From Gammaproteobacteria bacterium (GTDB taxonomy: Bacteria; Pseudomonadota; Gammaproteobacteria; G965277405): 64,000 nt of DNA. The stretch's first letter is position 1. The number at the start of each line of letters is the position of its first letter. The translations under genes were made by a program, and so were the position numbers. The stretch spans positions 1,376,001 through 1,440,000 of the forward strand of contig OZ255726.1 of NCBI GenBank assembly GCA_965277405.1, written 5' to 3'. Positions 8,838 to 22,118 of this stretch are shown here, piece by piece. The notes under the pieces are model-generated. The model had not been told where the DNA came from. It did no database searches and saw only the letters and a program-made list of their open reading frames with translations.

Positions 8838-10076
8838 GGAAGCTCTGATTAAGACGCTCATATACTCCAATAACTCGCATATACTCCAAAAAAATAATAG
8901 CAATAATTTTCAATGGTCAATATTTGATCATTTCGCTGATCTTCGTGTTGCTGTTTTACTGTTTTTTTACTGTTTTTTACTGTTTTTTACTGTTTTTCTT
9001 GTTTTTTACTGTTTTTCTTGATCTTTGGGCGGTTCTATCCTGTTAGCCGTCCTCGAAACATGTATAAGTTCGTCAATGCAAGCAAAGAAAATACTTGTAC
9101 TCGATTCTTTTCTAGTCCTTTGTAGCGAGCTTTCTTATAACCAAACTGACATTTGATTACCCGAAAACAGTGCTCAATCCGGGCGCGCACCTTAGAGTTC
9201 TGTCTATTGCGTTTGCGCTGCGAGCCGCTCATTTGCTGCTTTGGTTTACGTTTATCATTCACGCGCCAATCTATCCCAAGGTGACGCGAGCCGCGTTTAT
9301 AACTGTCGCTCGTATATCCTGCATCGGCAAAGATAACCTTATCTGTTTCACGCAGCAATTTTGGGAGTTCATTGATGTCAGCTTCATTCGCGGCTGTCAC
9401 TGTCGCGCTATGAATCATATTGCTATTAGCGTCAGTTCCTATATGAATCTTCATGCCAAAATACCACTGATTGCCTTTCCTTGTTTGATGCATTTCAGGA
9501 TCACGGGCTTTCTCTTTATTCTTCGTAGATGATGGTGCATGGATGATCGTGGCATCAACCATCGACCCTTGTGAGATTATTATATTATTTTCCATACAAT
9601 ACTCATTCACCACAGCAAGTATCTTGACGCTGAGTTGATGCTTTTCTATGATCCTGCGGAAGTTCAAGATGGTAGTTTCATCAGGGATGGCATCGTCTAT
9701 CAGCTCTATATGGGCAAAACGCCGCATGCTTTCCATGTCATATAGTGCTTCTTCTACCCCTGGGTCTGATAAGTTGTACCATTGCTGTAAACAATAAACG
9801 CGTAACATGGTCTGCATATTAATTGGTGGGCGGCCATTCCCTTTCTTGGGATAATGCGGTTCTATTAACGCTAACAACCGTTGCCATGGAGCTAATTTGT
9901 CCATCGACTGCAAGAATTTTTCACGTTTTGTTGTTACTTTCTTGTGGTCGTATGCAGCACTGGCAAAAGTTGTTTGTTTCATAAGATTATCCGCTTATTC
10001 AAATATTCAAATAGATTCACCATTGTATATCTTTGTAGCTGATATTGCTGTTGTTTGGGACTTAATCAGAGATTCC
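8838..10076 (-). mobile_element. IS5-family element, intact
   Basis: TIRs GGAAGCTCTGATTAAG / CTTAATCAGAGATTCC; TTAG both sides; 315-aa transposase. Confidence 0.95.
9035..9982 (-). CDS. IS5-family DDE transposase
   Basis: LQQWYNLSD, VDATII, WYFGMK.H, ADAGY, RARIEH.F, RYKGL motifs. Confidence 0.95.
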   Translation of the reverse strand: MKQTTFASAAYDHKKVTTKREKFLQSMDKLAPWQRLLALIEPHYPKKGNGRPPINMQTMLRVYCLQQWYNLSDPGVEEALYDMESMRRFAHIELIDDAIPDETTILNFRRIIEKHQLSVKILAVVNEYCMENNIIISQGSMVDATIIHAPSSTKNKEKARDPEMHQTRKGNQWYFGMKIHIGTDANSNMIHSATVTAANEADINELPKLLRETDKVIFADAGYTSDSYKRGSRHLGIDWRVNDKRKPKQQMSGSQRKRNRQNSKVRARIEHCFRVIKCQFGYKKARYKGLEKNRVQVFSLLALTNLYMFRGRLTG

Positions 10077-10080
10077 TTAG

Positions 10081-10361
10081 ATAAACTCTGAAAAACTCGC
10101 TGATGGAGCGAGTTCGCTAGAAAATTATAATGATTGCACGGCGCGGCTTGCGTCCGTATGCCGTAGCAATACGACAAAACCCGCAACACAGCAAGCACGT
10201 AATTTTCTGCGAATCCTTGAGGAACGGGAACAAACGCTGCTCTCCGTCGTTGCAGCACTTGGCAATACCCACAAGACCCACCAGTGTTAGCTGCGCACTG
10301 CGCTTAAGTTTCATCAGCGTTTTTCTCCGTCCCGCCCATCATGGAATTAATCAGAGCTTCC
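10081..10361. mobile_element. MITE, variant with degenerate left TIR
   Basis: Shares CTCGCTGATGGAGCGAG...CCCATCATGGAATTAATCAGAGCTTCC with the other copies. Confidence 0.8.
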
Positions 10362-10365
10362 CTAA

Positions 10366-11577
10366 GGAATCTCTGATTAAGACTCGCATATATTCCAATA
10401 ACTCGCATATACTCCAAAAAAGTAATAGCAATAATTTTCAATGGTCAATATTTGACCATTTCGCAGATCTTCTGTTGCTGTTTTACTGTTTTTTACTGTT
10501 TTCTATTGTTTTTCTTGAATTTTGGGCGGTTCTATCCTGTTAGTCGTCCTCGCAGCATGTATAAGTTCGTCAATGCAAGCAAAGAAAATACTTGTACTCG
10601 ATTCTTTTCTAGTCCTTTGTAGCGAGCTTTCTTATAACCAAACTGACATTTGATTACCCGAAAACAGTGCTCAATCCGGGCGCGCACCTTAGAGTTCTGT
10701 CTATTGCGTTTGCGCTGCGAGCCGCTCATTTGCTGCTTTGGTTTACGTTTATCGTTCACGCGCCAATGTATCCCAAGGTGACGCGAGCCGCGTTTATAAC
10801 TGTCGCTCGTATATCCTGCATCGGCAAAGATAACCTTGTCTGTTTCACGCAGCAATTTTGGGAGTTCATTGATGTCCGCTTCATTCGCGGCTGTGGTGGT
10901 GGGCATTGCCGCGCTATGAATCATATTGCTATTAGCGTCAGTTCCTATATGAATCTTCATGCCAAAATACCACTGCTTGCCTTTCCTTGTTTGCTGCATT
11001 TCAGGATCACGGGCTTTCTCTTTATTCTTCGTAGACGACGGTGCATGGATGATCGTGGCATCAACCATCATCCCTTGTGAGATTGTTATATTATTTTCCA
11101 TACAATACTCATTCACCACAGCAAGTATCTTGACGCTGAGTTGATGTTTTTCTATGATCCTGCGGGCAAAGTTCAAGATGGTGGTTTCATCAGGGATGGC
11201 ATCGTCTATCAGCTCTATATGGGCAAAACGCCGCATGCTTTCCATGTCATATAGTGCTTCTGCTACCCCTGGGTCTGATAAGTTGTACCATTGCTGTAAA
11301 AAATAAATGCGTAACATGGTCTGCATATTAATCGGTGGGCGGCCATTCCCTTTCTTGGGATAATGCGGTTCTATTAACTCTAACAACTGTTGCCATGGAG
11401 CTAATTTGTCCATTAACTGCAAGAATTTTTCACGTTTTGTTGTTACTTTCTTGTGGTCGTATGCAGCACTGGCAAAAGTTGTTTGTTTCATAAGATTATC
11501 CGCTTATTCAAATAGATTCACCATTGTATATCTTTGTAGCTGATATTGCTGTTGTTTGGGACTTAATCAGAGCTTCC
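10366..11577 (-). mobile_element. IS5-family element, 319-aa transposase variant (CDS 10532-11491)
   Basis: Same TIRs; open frame with in-frame insertions (LNFARR, AAMPTTTA); flanks CTAA/TTAG. Confidence 0.93.
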
Positions 11578-11581
11578 TTAG

Positions 11582-11594
11582 GGAAGCTCTGATT
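11582..11594 (+). repeat. Isolated IS5/MITE terminal stub
   Basis: TTAG|GGAAGCTCTGATT followed by unrelated sequence. Confidence 0.7.
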
Positions 11595-11671
11595 CCGCTG
11601 CTGCAGCATTGACTTTGTTGCTTGGCAAAATATGCTATATATCAATTTTAATAACTTGAGTTGTAGGGGTA

Positions 11672-12973
11672 ATGTCAATAACGATTCAATCTATCAATGT
11701 CAAGGATATACGTTTTCCTACGTCGTTGCTGCTCGACGGTTCCGATGCGGTCAACAAAGACCCTGATTATTCAGCGACATATGTAACATTGCATACGAGT
11801 GATGCGGCATTAACTGGGCATTCGTTGATTTTCACTATCGGTCGTGGCAATGACATTTGTTGCCATGCTGTTGAGGCGATGCGTCATTTAATTATTGGTC
11901 AGGAGTTAGAGGCAATTCGTGACGATATGCCTAGTTTTTTTGCCCATATGCATTCAGATAGCCAGTTGCGTTGGTTAGGCCCAGAAAAAGGCGTGGTGCA
12001 TATGGCAATGGGGGCGATAATCAATGCTGTCTGGGATTTGCTAGCAAAAATAGCGCAACAACCGTTATGGCGTTACTTGAGTGATATGCACACAGAGGAG
12101 TTTGTTGACTGTGTTGATTTTCGCTATTTGAGCGATGCGATCACTCGCGATGAAGCGTTGACAATGGTCGATGCCAACCAGTCCACAAAAGCGCAGCGTA
12201 TTAATTTGCTCGAGCAACATGGGTATCCAGCATATACAACAAGCGCAGGTTGGTTGGGCTATAGTGATGAAAAAATGCAACGTATCTGCGAGCAAGCTGT
12301 TAAAGATGGTTGGAATTATATAAAAATAAAAGTCGGTTTAGATAAGGAAGATGACTTGCGCCGTTGCAAAATTATCCGCAACATCATTGGTGACCAACGC
12401 CATTTGATGATTGATGCCAATCAAATTTGGGATGTGCAGCAGGCGATTGACTGGGTGAAATACTTACAAGAAACCAAGCCGCTATTTATTGAAGAACCAA
12501 CCAGCCCTGATGATATTTTTGGGCATAAAAAAATTAAAGAAGCTGTCGCGCCGACAAGCATTGCGACTGGTGAGCATTGTCACAATCGGGTGATGTTTAA
12601 GCAGTTTATTCAAAACGATGCATTGGATTTTGTGCAAATAGATGCAACAAGATTAGGTGGTGTTAACGAAATTCTAGCGGTATATTTGCTCGCGGCAAAA
12701 TACAACAAACCAGTATGTCCTCATGCTGGAGGTGTGGGTTTATGCCAATACGTCCAGCATTTATCGATGATAGATTTTGTGCAAATATCGGCGACAACTG
12801 CAAACCGTGTTGTCGAATACGTCAGCCATTTAGCAGAGCATTTTAAAACACCGTGCCGTATTAAAAATGGCGCATATGTTGCGCCAACTGAATCGGGATA
12901 TAGTATTGAAATGCACGAACAGTCTGTTGCTAAATATCTGTATCCAACAGGAAATATTTGGCAGCTTCCTTAG
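11672..12973 (+). CDS. L-fuconate dehydratase (enolase superfamily)
   Basis: DIRFPTS..LDGSDA.N.DPDYS, YTTSAGWLGY, KIKVG, DANQ, EEPTSPDD, TGEH, PHAGGVGLC. Confidence 0.9.
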   Translation: MSITIQSINVKDIRFPTSLLLDGSDAVNKDPDYSATYVTLHTSDAALTGHSLIFTIGRGNDICCHAVEAMRHLIIGQELEAIRDDMPSFFAHMHSDSQLRWLGPEKGVVHMAMGAIINAVWDLLAKIAQQPLWRYLSDMHTEEFVDCVDFRYLSDAITRDEALTMVDANQSTKAQRINLLEQHGYPAYTTSAGWLGYSDEKMQRICEQAVKDGWNYIKIKVGLDKEDDLRRCKIIRNIIGDQRHLMIDANQIWDVQQAIDWVKYLQETKPLFIEEPTSPDDIFGHKKIKEAVAPTSIATGEHCHNRVMFKQFIQNDALDFVQIDATRLGGVNEILAVYLLAAKYNKPVCPHAGGVGLCQYVQHLSMIDFVQISATTANRVVEYVSHLAEHFKTPCRIKNGAYVAPTESGYSIEMHEQSVAKYLYPTGNIWQLP

Positions 12974-12974
12974 T

Positions 12975-13289
12975 TTAGATTCGCAAATCTTCTAAATTTT
13001 TGCCTTTTGCCAATTGAGCTAAAACCCAGCTAGGTTTGTTTCCCCTTCCTACCCACTTTTCATTTTCGTTATCAGGATTTTGGTATTTTGGTTGTATCGT
13101 GCGTTTTCGTGGTTTAGCAACTTCTTCCATGATGTATTCAACAGGGATATTCAAGGCTGCTGCCCTAGCTCTAATTTCATCAATGAGTTTGGCTTTTTCA
13201 ACTTCCATCCTGCTTTGCAATTCGATGTCAAGATCAGCTATCAGGCTGATTATTTCTTCTGTTTTAAGCTCTTTGACTTGGAGGTTCAT
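12975..13289 (-). CDS. hns: H-NS family nucleoid protein
   Basis: C-terminal PKYQNP...W.GRG.KP.W motif; coiled-coil N-terminus. Confidence 0.85.
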   Translation of the reverse strand: MNLQVKELKTEEIISLIADLDIELQSRMEVEKAKLIDEIRARAAALNIPVEYIMEEVAKPRKRTIQPKYQNPDNENEKWVGRGNKPSWVLAQLAKGKNLEDLRI

Positions 13290-13484
13290 TGTTGTAGTTG
13301 CTCGCTGAGGTTATTGGTGATTACGCTATTGTATAGACATATCGCCGATATAGCTAGGCGGATTGCAATCGCTAGCGCGACATTCCATAATTATGCAGCT
13401 AAACGCATAGTATCATACTCTTCATTTGCCGTGTTCCCCCGTCAAAAGGCCTGGTTGCAAGAGCTAGCACGCAGTCTCCGCTAA

Positions 13485-14696
13485 GGAATCTCTGATTAAG
13501 TCCCAAACAACAGCAATATCAGCTACAAAGATATACAATGGTGAATCTATTTGAATAAGCGGATAGTCTTATGAAACAAACAACTTTTGCCAGTGCTGCA
13601 TACGACCACAAGAAAGTAACAACAAAACGTGAAAAATTCTTGCAGTTAATGGACAAATTAGCTCCATGGCAACAGTTGTTAGAGTTAATAGAACCGCATT
13701 ATCCCAAGAAAGGGAATGGCCGCCCACCGATTAATATGCAGACCATGTTACGCATTTATTTTTTACAGCAATGGTACAACTTATCAGACCCAGGGGTAGA
13801 AGAAGCACTATATGACATGGAAAGCATGCGGCGTTTTGCCCATATAGAGCTGATAGACGATGCCATCCCTGCTGAAACTACCATCTTGAACTTGCCCGCA
13901 GGATCATAGAAAAACATCAACTCAGCGTCAAGATACTTGCTGGGGTGAATGACTATTGTATGGAAAATAATATAACAATCTCACCAGGGACGATGGTTGA
14001 TGCCACGATCATCCATGCACCATCATCTACGAAGAATAAAGAGAAAGCCCGTGATCCTGAAATGCATCAAACAAGGAAAGGCAAGCAGTGGTATTTTGGC
14101 ATGAAGATTCATATAGGAACTGACGCTAATAGCAATATGATTCATAGCGCTGCAATGCCTACCACCACAGCCGCGAATGAAGCTGACATCAATGAACTCC
14201 CAAAATTGCTGCGTGAAACAGATAAGGTCATCTTTGCCGATGCAGGATATACGAGCGACAGTTATAAACGCGGCTCGCGTCACCTTGGGATAGATTGGCG
14301 CGTGAATGATAAACGTAAACCAAAGCAGCAAATGAGCGGCTCGCAGCGCCAACGCAATACACAGAACTCTAAGGTGCGCGCCCGGATTGAGCACTGTTTT
14401 CGGGTAATCAAATGTCAGTTTGGTTATAAGAAAGCTCGCTACAAAGGACTAGAAAAGAATCGAGTACAAGTATTTTCTTTGCTGGCATTGACGAACTTAT
14501 ACATGCTGAGCGGACGACTAACAGGATAGAACCGCCCAAAATTCAAGAAAAACAGTAAAAAACAGTAAAAAACAGTAAAACAGCAACACGAAGATCAGCG
14601 AAATGATCAAATATTGACCATTGAAAATTATTGCTATTATTTTTTTGGAGTATATGCGAGTTATTGGAGTATATGCGAGTCTTAATCAGAGCTTCC
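13485..14696 (+). mobile_element. IS5-family element with frameshifted transposase
   Basis: CTAA target duplication on both sides; ORFs 13571-13909 and 13945-14529. Confidence 0.93.
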
Positions 14697-14782
14697 CTAA
14701 CAGCCTAGCAAGTGTTGTTTAACCTCACGCCAGCTGGTAGTGTCGGCGACTTAATCAGAGGGTTCATAGGCATTACAAAAAA

Positions 14783-15406
14783 CTATTTTGTTGCTGGCAC
14801 CATTGCAGCAGACAATACCACAACATCTGTAGTCGGTACGTCTTGGTGACCATTTTTGCTGCTAGTAGGTTGCTTGGCAATCAGGTCGATAACATCCATT
14901 CCTGCAATAATTTTACCAAATACGGCGTATCCATAGTCACGGCTACTATTATCTAAAAACGCATTATCGGCGACGTTGATAAAAAACTGAGATGTTGCAC
15001 TATCGACTGCCTGTGTGCGTGCCATTGATAGCATACCGCGTAGGTTTTTTAATCCGTTTTTAGCTTCGTTGCGAATCGGGTCGCGGGTTTTCTTTTGCTC
15101 AAAATTTGTTGTGAAACCGCCCATTTGCACCATGAAGTCCAGAATAACCCGGTGGGCGATGGTGTTATCATAAAAGCCATCATTGACATATTGTGCAAAG
15201 TTCGCGCTCGAAACTGGGGCGTTTTCATAGTCAAGTTCAATAATAAATGATCCGAGCGTGGTTGCAAACTTGACTTGACTTGGCTGTAGGTTGTTTGTAG
15301 CACTTGGCATTACTATTCCTTTAATGGTATTAAGAGTTTCTTCAACGTTGCAACCTGTCGATATAACTGTTAAAGCGGCGAAAATGAAGATTCGAAGTGT
15401 GGTCAT
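14783..15406 (-). CDS. Cyclophilin-type peptidyl-prolyl isomerase, possible lipoprotein
   Basis: GFYD.T..HRV, MART...[17 protein letters not shown]; lipobox-like ISTGC. Confidence 0.9.
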   Translation of the reverse strand: MTTLRIFIFAALTVISTGCNVEETLNTIKGIVMPSATNNLQPSQVKFATTLGSFIIELDYENAPVSSANFAQYVNDGFYDNTIAHRVILDFMVQMGGFTTNFEQKKTRDPIRNEAKNGLKNLRGMLSMARTQAVDSATSQFFINVADNAFLDNSSRDYGYAVFGKIIAGMDVIDLIAKQPTSSKNGHQDVPTTDVVVLSAAMVPATK

Positions 15407-15545
15407 ATTTATAATGCTCGGTTGTCAATTTAATGCGTATTGCGATTTGGATTGTACAAACACTTGCTGCGTTGTGTTTGTTTTTCCAAGACATTTATGC
15501 CTGTAGTGGGTGCTGACTGGGCTATACAGAGACGCCTGATAGAGT

Positions 15546-15596
15546 CGCCTTGCAATCATCAGCAATTGTAGCCAAACTCGCTCCATCAGAGCTTCC
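15546..15596. mobile_element. MITE end fragment
   Basis: CGCCTTGCAATCATCAGCAATTG...CTCGCTCCATCAGAGCTTCC|TTAG. Confidence 0.7.
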
Positions 15597-15684
15597 TTAG
15601 ATGAAACTGCTCAAAAAAACATATTGAGTACACACAAGCAAGGCAACGTTTGGTAGCATTTCTTATTTTAACTCACCCTATTGT

Positions 15685-16815
15685 ATGATACCTCTGTCGA
15701 CTTACGCTGGACTGCTTGAACGTTACCGACCTTTTTTGATAATTGATCAAAATATTGTGCCAGTATCATTGTATGAAGGCAATACTCCGCTGCTACCATT
15801 ACTTAATATTCCACGAATCATAAAAAAAGACATACGTCTTTTTGCAAAAATAGAAGGCGCAAATCCAACTGGTTCATTTAAAGATCGTGGGATGACGGCC
15901 GTAATTACTCAAGCAATACGCGATGGTGCGTCTACGGTCGTCTGCGCTTCTACAGGAAATACCTCGGCATCGGCTGCTGCGTATGCTGCAAAAGCGGGGA
16001 TACGTTGTGTCGTGGTTATTCCAGAAAACAAAATTGCCTTAGGAAAACTCGCCCAAGCCATGATATATGGTGCCCAAGTTATTCAAATTAAAGGGGGGTT
16101 TGACGCAGCAATGGAGCTGGTCAAACTTTCTTGTGACCACCCAGAAGTCGTGTTGGTAAACTCGGTGAACCCATATCGGCTGCAAGGGCAAAAAACAATA
16201 GCCTTCGAAATCGTGGAAACGCTGGGCGATGCGCCAGACTACCATTATTTGCCAGTTGGCAATGCTGGCAATATTACTGCGCATTGGATGGGGTATTGTG
16301 AAGCTGCGGGTGAACGTCGTGCATATCCACCAGTTATTAAAGATTTTCACGAGTGGAAGGGTATGCAGTTAGCAAGTAATAGCAGCAAAATGCCTGTAAT
16401 GGTTGGGTATCAGGCCTGTGGCGCCGCTCCATTTGTTGATGGTGGTCCAATCGCTAGCCCAGAAACAATCGCCACTGCAATTCGAATAGGCAGGCCACAG
16501 TCATGGGATTATGCAATTGAAGCGGTTGATCAATCTAAAGGATGGTTTGCTGCCCAGCCGGATGCCAAAATATTGGCAGCACAAAAAATGCTCGCAACTT
16601 GCGAAGGAGTATTTTGTGAACCTGCTTCGGCTGTGAGTTTAGCTGGGCTTCTTGATGACTTGTCACATAATAAAATTACTGCAGGAAGCACGGTTGTGAT
16701 GACGCTAACAGGAAATGGGCTAAAAGATCCACAAATATGTATTGATACGGTCGACGTCAACACCATCAAAAGCATCAAGCCTGTAAAAGCAGAATTAGAG
16801 CCGTTTCTTATTTAA
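15685..16815 (+). CDS. thrC: Threonine synthase
   Basis: NPTGSFKDRG, CASTGNTSASAAAY, NSVNPYR.QGQKT, PVGNAGN. Confidence 0.95.
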   Translation: MIPLSTYAGLLERYRPFLIIDQNIVPVSLYEGNTPLLPLLNIPRIIKKDIRLFAKIEGANPTGSFKDRGMTAVITQAIRDGASTVVCASTGNTSASAAAYAAKAGIRCVVVIPENKIALGKLAQAMIYGAQVIQIKGGFDAAMELVKLSCDHPEVVLVNSVNPYRLQGQKTIAFEIVETLGDAPDYHYLPVGNAGNITAHWMGYCEAAGERRAYPPVIKDFHEWKGMQLASNSSKMPVMVGYQACGAAPFVDGGPIASPETIATAIRIGRPQSWDYAIEAVDQSKGWFAAQPDAKILAAQKMLATCEGVFCEPASAVSLAGLLDDLSHNKITAGSTVVMTLTGNGLKDPQICIDTVDVNTIKSIKPVKAELEPFLI

Positions 16816-16833
16816 AATTATTAGGAGTAGTGT

Positions 16834-17157
16834 ATGGCCACCATGGAAGTTACGACTGACACATTTGAGGAAGAAGTTATTGAACATAAAGACCAACTAG
16901 TCTTGGTAGATTTTTGGGCGTCATGGTGTGGCCCTTGCAAAACTATTGGTCCGATTGTCGAAAAGATTGCAGCACAAATGAGTGATAGTCTAAAAGTATG
17001 CAAAGTGAATGTTGAAGATAATCAAGAAATTGCAGGAAAATATAATGTGCGCGGTATTCCAACATTATTGTTGTTTAAAAATGGCGAGATTGTTGAAAGC
17101 CGCGTTGGTGCGGTGCCTGAAGAGGATATTCTCGGCATGGTTAAAGCGTATAGTTAA
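16834..17157 (+). CDS. trxA: Thioredoxin
   Basis: [16 protein letters not shown]; RBS AGGAG. Confidence 0.95.
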   Translation: MATMEVTTDTFEEEVIEHKDQLVLVDFWASWCGPCKTIGPIVEKIAAQMSDSLKVCKVNVEDNQEIAGKYNVRGIPTLLLFKNGEIVESRVGAVPEEDILGMVKAYS

Positions 17158-18626
17158 TGGTTGATCGAATTAGCGGAGTCGCGCTTACATTTGATGATGT
17201 TTTGCTCGTCCCTGCATACAGCGAAGTAGTCCCCAGTGCAGTTTCATTAACAACCAAACTGTGCAGCAAAATTGAGTTGAGTATTCCAATGCTCTCTGCG
17301 GCAATGGACACTGTTACTGAATCTGGACTAGCGATTGCCTTAGCACAAGAAGGTGGTCTTGGTATTATCCACAAAAACTTATCAATACAGCAACAAGCAG
17401 CAGAAGTCCGTCGGGTTAAAAAGTTTGAAAGTGGCGTTATTCGAGACCCAATCACGATTGACCAACACGCTCCAATCTCGGAGTTGCATGCCATCCGTAA
17501 ACGCTTCGGTATTTCAGGTGTGCCAGTCATTGACGCTGCAAATAATAGCCAAGTTGTTGGCATTGTCACCCAACGTGATGTGCGGTTTTCAACTGATGCC
17601 AAGCAGGTTGTGAGTGCAATTATGACCCCTGCTGAAAAATTGATAACGGTTGGCTGTAACTTCACCATGGCAGAAGCACAGGAAAAAATGCACGCTAATC
17701 GGATTGAAAAAGTCATCGTTGTTGACGATCACATGCAACTGATCGGGATGGTTACGGTGCGAGATTTATTGAAGCATACTATGTTCCCCAACGCCTGTAA
17801 AGATGAACACGGCGCCTTGCGCGTTGGAGCGGCGATTGGCATTGGCGCAGAGAGTCAAAAACGTGCAGAAGCAATTGTCGCGGCAGGTGTTGATGTATTA
17901 GTTGTTGATACCGCGCACGGACATTCACGCAACGTTATAGAAACTGTGTCGTACATGCGCAAGAAGTTTGCGTCGGTGAATCTTATAGCTGGGAATATTG
18001 CTACCGCAGACGCCGCACTGCGCATGGCTGATTGTGGAGTTGATGCGGTAAAAGTTGGTATTGGTCCAGGTTCAATTTGTACAACAAGAATTATTTCTGG
18101 TGTTGGCATGCCACAGATTAGCGCGGTTAGCCAAGTGTCTGCAGCATTGGTAGATAGCAGCGTGTTGGTGATTGCAGACGGTGGAATTCGCTATTCTGGG
18201 GATATTGCTAAAGTGATTGCCGCAGGAGCACATTGTGTCATGGTTGGTAGTTTACTTGCTGGCACGGATGAATCTCCTGGCGAATTTGAGCTATACCAAG
18301 CCCGTTCATACAAGCAATATCGTGGTATGGGTTCGCAAGCGGCAATGAAACAAGGTTCGAGCGATAGATATTTTCAAGAAGGTTCAGAAACAGATAAATT
18401 GGTACCAGAAGGCATTGAAGGTAGAGTACCAGCAAAAGGACCGTTAAAAGGGGTTGTCCACCAGTTGATGGGCGGAGTGCGCTCGTGCATGGGCTACACT
18501 GGTTGTGCCACAATTGATGAGTTGCGCACCAAGACCAAGTTCGTGCAAATTACCAATGCTGGGATGAAAGAAAGCCATGTCCACGATGTCCAAATTACTA
18601 AAGAATCTCCGAATTATCATGTATAA
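17157..18626 (+). CDS. guaB: IMP dehydrogenase
   Basis: [13 protein letters not shown] pair, [18 protein letters not shown]. Confidence 0.97.
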   Translation: MVDRISGVALTFDDVLLVPAYSEVVPSAVSLTTKLCSKIELSIPMLSAAMDTVTESGLAIALAQEGGLGIIHKNLSIQQQAAEVRRVKKFESGVIRDPITIDQHAPISELHAIRKRFGISGVPVIDAANNSQVVGIVTQRDVRFSTDAKQVVSAIMTPAEKLITVGCNFTMAEAQEKMHANRIEKVIVVDDHMQLIGMVTVRDLLKHTMFPNACKDEHGALRVGAAIGIGAESQKRAEAIVAAGVDVLVVDTAHGHSRNVIETVSYMRKKFASVNLIAGNIATADAALRMADCGVDAVKVGIGPGSICTTRIISGVGMPQISAVSQVSAALVDSSVLVIADGGIRYSGDIAKVIAAGAHCVMVGSLLAGTDESPGEFELYQARSYKQYRGMGSQAAMKQGSSDRYFQEGSETDKLVPEGIEGRVPAKGPLKGVVHQLMGGVRSCMGYTGCATIDELRTKTKFVQITNAGMKESHVHDVQITKESPNYHV

Positions 18627-18666
18627 TGACACCTACATTCTGCTAGTTTCTTGCTAACAATGCTTT

Positions 18667-19545
18667 GTGAAAACTGTTGTTGCAGTAGGTAAGTTTGATG
18701 CAGTCCACATCGGTCATCAACAATTATTACAGCGTGCAGTTGCAATAGCGCAAGACACCCAGCAGCAACCATGCGCGCTGACATTTGACCCATTACCCAA
18801 TGAATTTTTTGCGCAGGATGATGCGGCATATTTTAGGCTCTACCCAACGCAGGCGCGCATCAAGCTGTTGCAATATTACGGCGCAAAACAAGTTTTTGTA
18901 CAAGCATTTGATGCGGACTTTAGGAATTTGAGCGCAATACAATTTGTCCGCGATGTGCTGTATCAGCAATACCAATGCAGTCACGTGATTGTTGGTGCAA
19001 ACTTTTCTTTTGGTTATCAAAAACAAGGCAATGCCCAGCTGCTTGAGAGGCTCGGCAAACAATATGATATGGCAGTCACGGTCGTACCTCTTGCCACAAG
19101 CCAGCAACAAGTTATTTCTTCTTCGGTAATTCGCGCGGCGGTGTTACGCAATGAATTTACCCAGGCAGCTGATTTGCTTGGGAGGTCGTATTGTTTTTCT
19201 GGTCAAGTGCGTAATGGTAGTAAACTTGGACGAACGCTGGGTTTTCCAACCGCCAACATTGAATTAGTCCATCGGCTACCGTTCGCCGGTGTATATGCTG
19301 TCACAGTAGCTACTGGCAATACGACACATGCAGGGGTAATGAACTGCGGCAACAGACCAACTGTGGGTGGAACCGCACACATTACCGAAGTGCATATATT
19401 CGATTTTTGCGATGATATTTATGGAGAAACGATAACTATAACTCCGCATACGTTTATCCGCGTCGAGCAAAAGTTTGCATCGGTTGATGCGTTGCAGTTA
19501 CAAATAACAAAAGACTGTCAGCAGGCCAAGCGCATCCTGAGCTAA
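18667..19545 (+). CDS. ribF: Riboflavin kinase / FAD synthetase
   Basis: G.FDAVH.GH, ISSS.IR, GRTLGFPTAN, G.RPT, EVHIFDF. Confidence 0.93.
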   Translation: MKTVVAVGKFDAVHIGHQQLLQRAVAIAQDTQQQPCALTFDPLPNEFFAQDDAAYFRLYPTQARIKLLQYYGAKQVFVQAFDADFRNLSAIQFVRDVLYQQYQCSHVIVGANFSFGYQKQGNAQLLERLGKQYDMAVTVVPLATSQQQVISSSVIRAAVLRNEFTQAADLLGRSYCFSGQVRNGSKLGRTLGFPTANIELVHRLPFAGVYAVTVATGNTTHAGVMNCGNRPTVGGTAHITEVHIFDFCDDIYGETITITPHTFIRVEQKFASVDALQLQITKDCQQAKRILS

Positions 19546-19610
19546 CAACGCGGAGGAAAAGCGGCACCCAAAGGCGCCGCCTGTTGCCGTATGTACTTAT
19601 TGGAGCAAGA

Positions 19611-21890
<2,280 letters not shown>

Positions 21891-21895
21891 TTAAA

Positions 21896-21932
21896 ATACA
21901 TTGTCTCTATCACTATGATAGTATTTGTCTAT
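21896..21932. promoter_or_regulatory. OxyR-binding site upstream of katG
   Basis: ATAC-N7-CTAT-N7-ATAG-N7-CTAT, 15/16 match to the OxyR consensus ATAG-N7-CTAT-N7-ATAG-N7-CTAT. Confidence 0.8.
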
Positions 21933-22118
21933 AACTTGTCGTGCCATAATCTGCCAAGCTACGGTGTATTGTGGGTAATCCATAACCGCCGCAATGATTA
22001 AACTGTGCTTGCCATATGTCCGCAGTAAGTTGTTTGCTTTGCAATATACGGGATACAATATGGTGTTGTGTGCATGCATATTAAGGATTCCTGTGCCATA
22101 CCCACATAACTTAGGCAA

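Noticed and set aside
9170-9532. Recurrent 120-137 aa ORF antisense to each IS5 transposase
   Set aside because: Recurs only because the IS is repeated; TTG start and no supporting features, although small antisense ORFs in IS5 cannot be excluded
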